A stretch of DNA of 64,000 nt from Asterias rubens (lineage: Eukaryota). How positions within the stretch are numbered: position 1 is the first letter of the stretch; each line of letters opens with the position of its first letter. Shown here piece by piece: positions 61,217-64,000 of the stretch. The translations under genes were made by a program, and so were the position numbers. Where the stretch lies: NCBI RefSeq assembly GCF_902459465.1, contig NC_047064.1:3906001-3970000 (forward strand). Direction: 5' to 3'. A model generated the notes under the pieces. It was not told the DNA's origin. It saw only the letters and a program-made list of their open reading frames with translations, and made no database searches.

Positions 61217-61596
61217 GACTGGACACTATCGGTACTTGTCAAAGACCAGGCAGTCTTCTCACTTGGTGTATCTCAACATATGCATAAAATAACAAACCTG
61301 TGAAAATTTGAGCTCGATTGGTCGTCAAGTTGCGAGATATTATTAAAAAAAAAAACTCACGTGCCACGAAGTTGTGTGTTTTCAGATGCTTAATTTGGGG
61401 ACCTCAAAATCTTATTCTGAAGTCTCGAAATCAAATTCGTGGAAAATTACTTCTTTCTCGAAAACTACGCCACTTCAGAGGGAGCTGTTTCTCACAATGT
61501 TTTATACTATCAACCTCTCCCCATTACTTGTTACCAAGAGAGGTTTTATGCTAATAAATATTTTGAGTAACTACCAATAGTGTCCACTGCCTTTAA
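61217..61596 (+). mobile_element. MITE family A copy
   Basis: gactggacactatcggtac ... accaatagtgtccactgcctttaa. Confidence 0.85.
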
Positions 61597-63010
61597 ATGG
61601 ACATGGCAACAAGAAAACAAACTTGACTACAATAAAAACACAAATTTGTCGCGAGAGTACGCATAACTTTCTAGAGGATTTAAAAAAAAAATTAGAGTCA
61701 GTGATGTTAACTAAAATAAGTTTCTCGAACCCAATGTCCCCTTTCATAAAACCTGTAGCTTCTTTTTACACTCACCAACATTTTAAAAGTTTTTGTTTAA
61801 ATATGCAGGCTTTTTATACTACACCATACATAAACTGAAATTTAGAAGTTTGAAGGCCATCTGGGTCACGAGAAAAAAAAGTAGGGAAAACCCGATGACA
61901 CATTTTGCATGACATCGATTAAATGCAAAATAAAAAATTAAAAAACGCTCACTGAGCGATAAACTCCAAACGGGAAAAGTATTTTTACTTATTTCTATTC
62001 AAACAATATCATGACATTTCAGACAGAAATATTTCAAGGGGTGTATTCTTCTACGTATCATCATCCTTAGACACGGTGTAACTTTTATGTAAAACTGTGA
62101 TCTTCACGACTTTTTCTTACCAATTTTGTAACGTTTCTTTAAACAAAGAATCGTTGAAATGTTCTTCACTATTTTGCACCTCCTCAAAAGAGTCATTGAT
62201 ACATTATTGTGTTCAGGTTGCTTCAACAAAGAATTAATAGTAATTATAACAATAACAGCTCTTATACAGCGCAATTCCATAATATAAATGGTAAACTTGC
62301 ACCGTACTGAAAAAATACAAACCAATTTTCAACTACCAAACAACTGAGATTTATTAAACTATTAAATTATGAACTGTAAAGAGAAACAAATTGTTGAGCT
62401 TTCGTCCCGCGACGTTTTTTTTTTATCCTGAAGCTCTCCCCTCTTGACCAAAATCACATACTTCATAAACGGTGCACCCCAATAAATAAGAAGAAAACAG
62501 CGTGTCGAGTACATTAAATTTGTGTATAGGCTCTCAAATATTCCATGATTATTAGACAGATTTGAGAGCCCCCCAAAAGGGTTTCAGTGTATAAAAACTT
62601 TGCATAATTGTGACCTGGGGGTTGTTAACATCCAACTTGAGGTATTTTGGATAACATAGGCCCTAAACAATATGTCATTTGTTGAGAAGTCTAGGGACAT
62701 TTTTCAAGATTGATGCGTGTACGTTTGGAAAATTACACTGGTGTTGAGGTGTTTTAACTTGGCGGGAAAATAACCTGACGCGCACTAGGACTTCCCTTCT
62801 TATATTTATAGTAATAATAATGTAATAATTGAGCAGAGGATTAAAGTTCAAGAGGCAATAAACAATGTTCTTCTTTACTGTTAAAAGCTATGAGACGTCT
62901 TTGTTTTGTTCGTGTATTTAGTAATACTTAGCTTTTTGCACTGTGGGAGTTTATAGCGTTTGTGTAGCCACAACTACATGAGTCGTCGTCTATAGAGGGC
63001 GGTATACAAA

Positions 63011-63974
63011 TCAAACACGCGGTTCTTTGCTGCTGTCTTCGTAGGTTTCCGGCAACGGTTTGTCCTTGGTTTCTGGTAGCATCGTGACGCACACGCAGAC
63101 TACCAGCGAAGAGACACCAAGTATAGTCATTGGGAGGAAGTAGACGACTTCCTTCTATAAAGTAACACAAGATGAAAGAAATGAGTTCTCCCAGCAAGTC
63201 CAGAGTATTACCTTTTTCCCGTAGGAGATGTTTTTGGAGTTAGATAATCAACACAATGTCCTCATCAGCAGACTAGAAAATGTATGTTCATTATTTTAGC
63301 CAATACGAGTAGGCCTACACACTTGCACGAGGTCGTTGGTTCGAATCTCAGCCGAGTATAATGTATACAGATCGGGGTATAGGGGTAAAACAATTATTAG
63401 TCATTATCCCAGATTCAAATTAATTAATTAATTAATTAATTAATTAATTAGTTGATGTATCAGGGTTTGCCTTTGTTGTTGTTTTTGCCAAGCACGCTGA
63501 AAAACTTCCGGGTCAACGATGACCCAGAACCGGGTCACATTTTATCTTCCGTAGTATAAAGTTGCCATCCTCAATCAATATTTCCTGAGAATTATTTATT
63601 AAGGATTCCCTTTTTGGCATCGATTGAAAAAGAAAATCCCCGTTAAAGGCAGTGGACACTATTGGTAAATAATCAATATAAATATAAGAATAAAGTTACT
63701 TGGTAATGAGTAATGGAGAGCTGTTGATAGTATAATACATATAACGGCTCCCTCTGAAGTGATGTAGTTTTCGAGGAAAAAAATAATTTTCCAGGAATTT
63801 GATTTAGAGACTTCATTTTTGGTTATGTTTGACTATAGAAAGTAAAACAAATGTTATCCCCGGGATAAAAACAATAAAATAAAACATAAAAAATAACTTA
63901 CCAAATACACAACAAATGGAGCAACTATGGCACCGACCCTCCCAATGGTGGAAGCGCTTCCAGTTCCTATAGAT
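63011..63974 (-). CDS. Last two coding exons (63974-63902, 63154-63011) of an SLC22-family organic cation/anion transporter (MFS); the rest lies right of the window
   Basis: Translation (R)SIGTGSASTIGRVGAIVAPFVVYL|KEVVYFLPMTILGVSSLVVCVCVTMLPETKDKPLPETYEDSSKEPRV* shows TM11, TM12 and the SLC22 C-terminal LPETKxxPLPET motif. This frame is not in the supplied ORF track. Confidence 0.88.
63416..63451. repeat. (TAAT)n microsatellite
   Basis: Directly visible in the sequence. Confidence 0.9.
63643..63815 (-). mobile_element. MITE family A partial copy (reverse) in the SLC22 intron
   Basis: ttaaaggcagtggacactattggtaa ... ggctccctctgaagtga ... gaatttgatttagagac. Confidence 0.75.
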
Positions 63975-64000
63975 CTTAGGGGGGAACAGAACAACGGGAA

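Noticed and set aside
25407-61580. Recurring ORFs such as [11 protein letters not shown].. and ..[12 protein letters not shown]..
   Set aside because: Translations of MITE family A copies; no transposase motifs.
62928-63197. 89-aa ORF from the supplied track
   Set aside because: Wrong frame; another frame gives the SLC22 terminal exon.

Overview
Eukaryotic, intron-rich, AT-rich animal genomic DNA. It is probably an invertebrate deuterostome such as an echinoderm; this is an inference from vertebrate-like intron positions and the repeat landscape. There is one 191-nt N gap (37420-37610). I assembled seven protein-coding genes by hand from GT-AG sites and reading phase. Gene order: <-HAT1 (last exon off the left edge) | aralar/citrin SLC25A12/13-> | <-MSMO1 | NIFK-> | MDH1B-> | <-unrecognised ~979-aa protein with a long acidic disordered region and a C-terminal non-RD kinase | <-last two exons of an SLC22-type transporter. 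Introns and intergenic DNA are full of short non-autonomous elements: TTAA-flanked MITEs, tRNA-derived SINEs, Harbinger/hAT-like MITEs and small hairpin elements. The most notable observations are (1) a structurally complete minimal type I hammerhead ribozyme in the sense strand of the last MSMO1 intron, heading a small family of Penelope-like remnants with several decayed copies here; (2) the orphan kinase gene, which carries an exon born by tandem duplication; (3) a NIFK about twice the human length with a basic, S/T-P-rich, internally duplicated tail; (4) MDH1B as a glutaredoxin-like plus catalytically dead MDH fusion with an RFX/forkhead promoter; (5) the HAT1/SLC25A12 head-to-head pair shared with human. 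No CRISPR array, rRNA or intact tRNA gene was seen. No searches or folding programs were run; all homology calls are from recognition of motifs.
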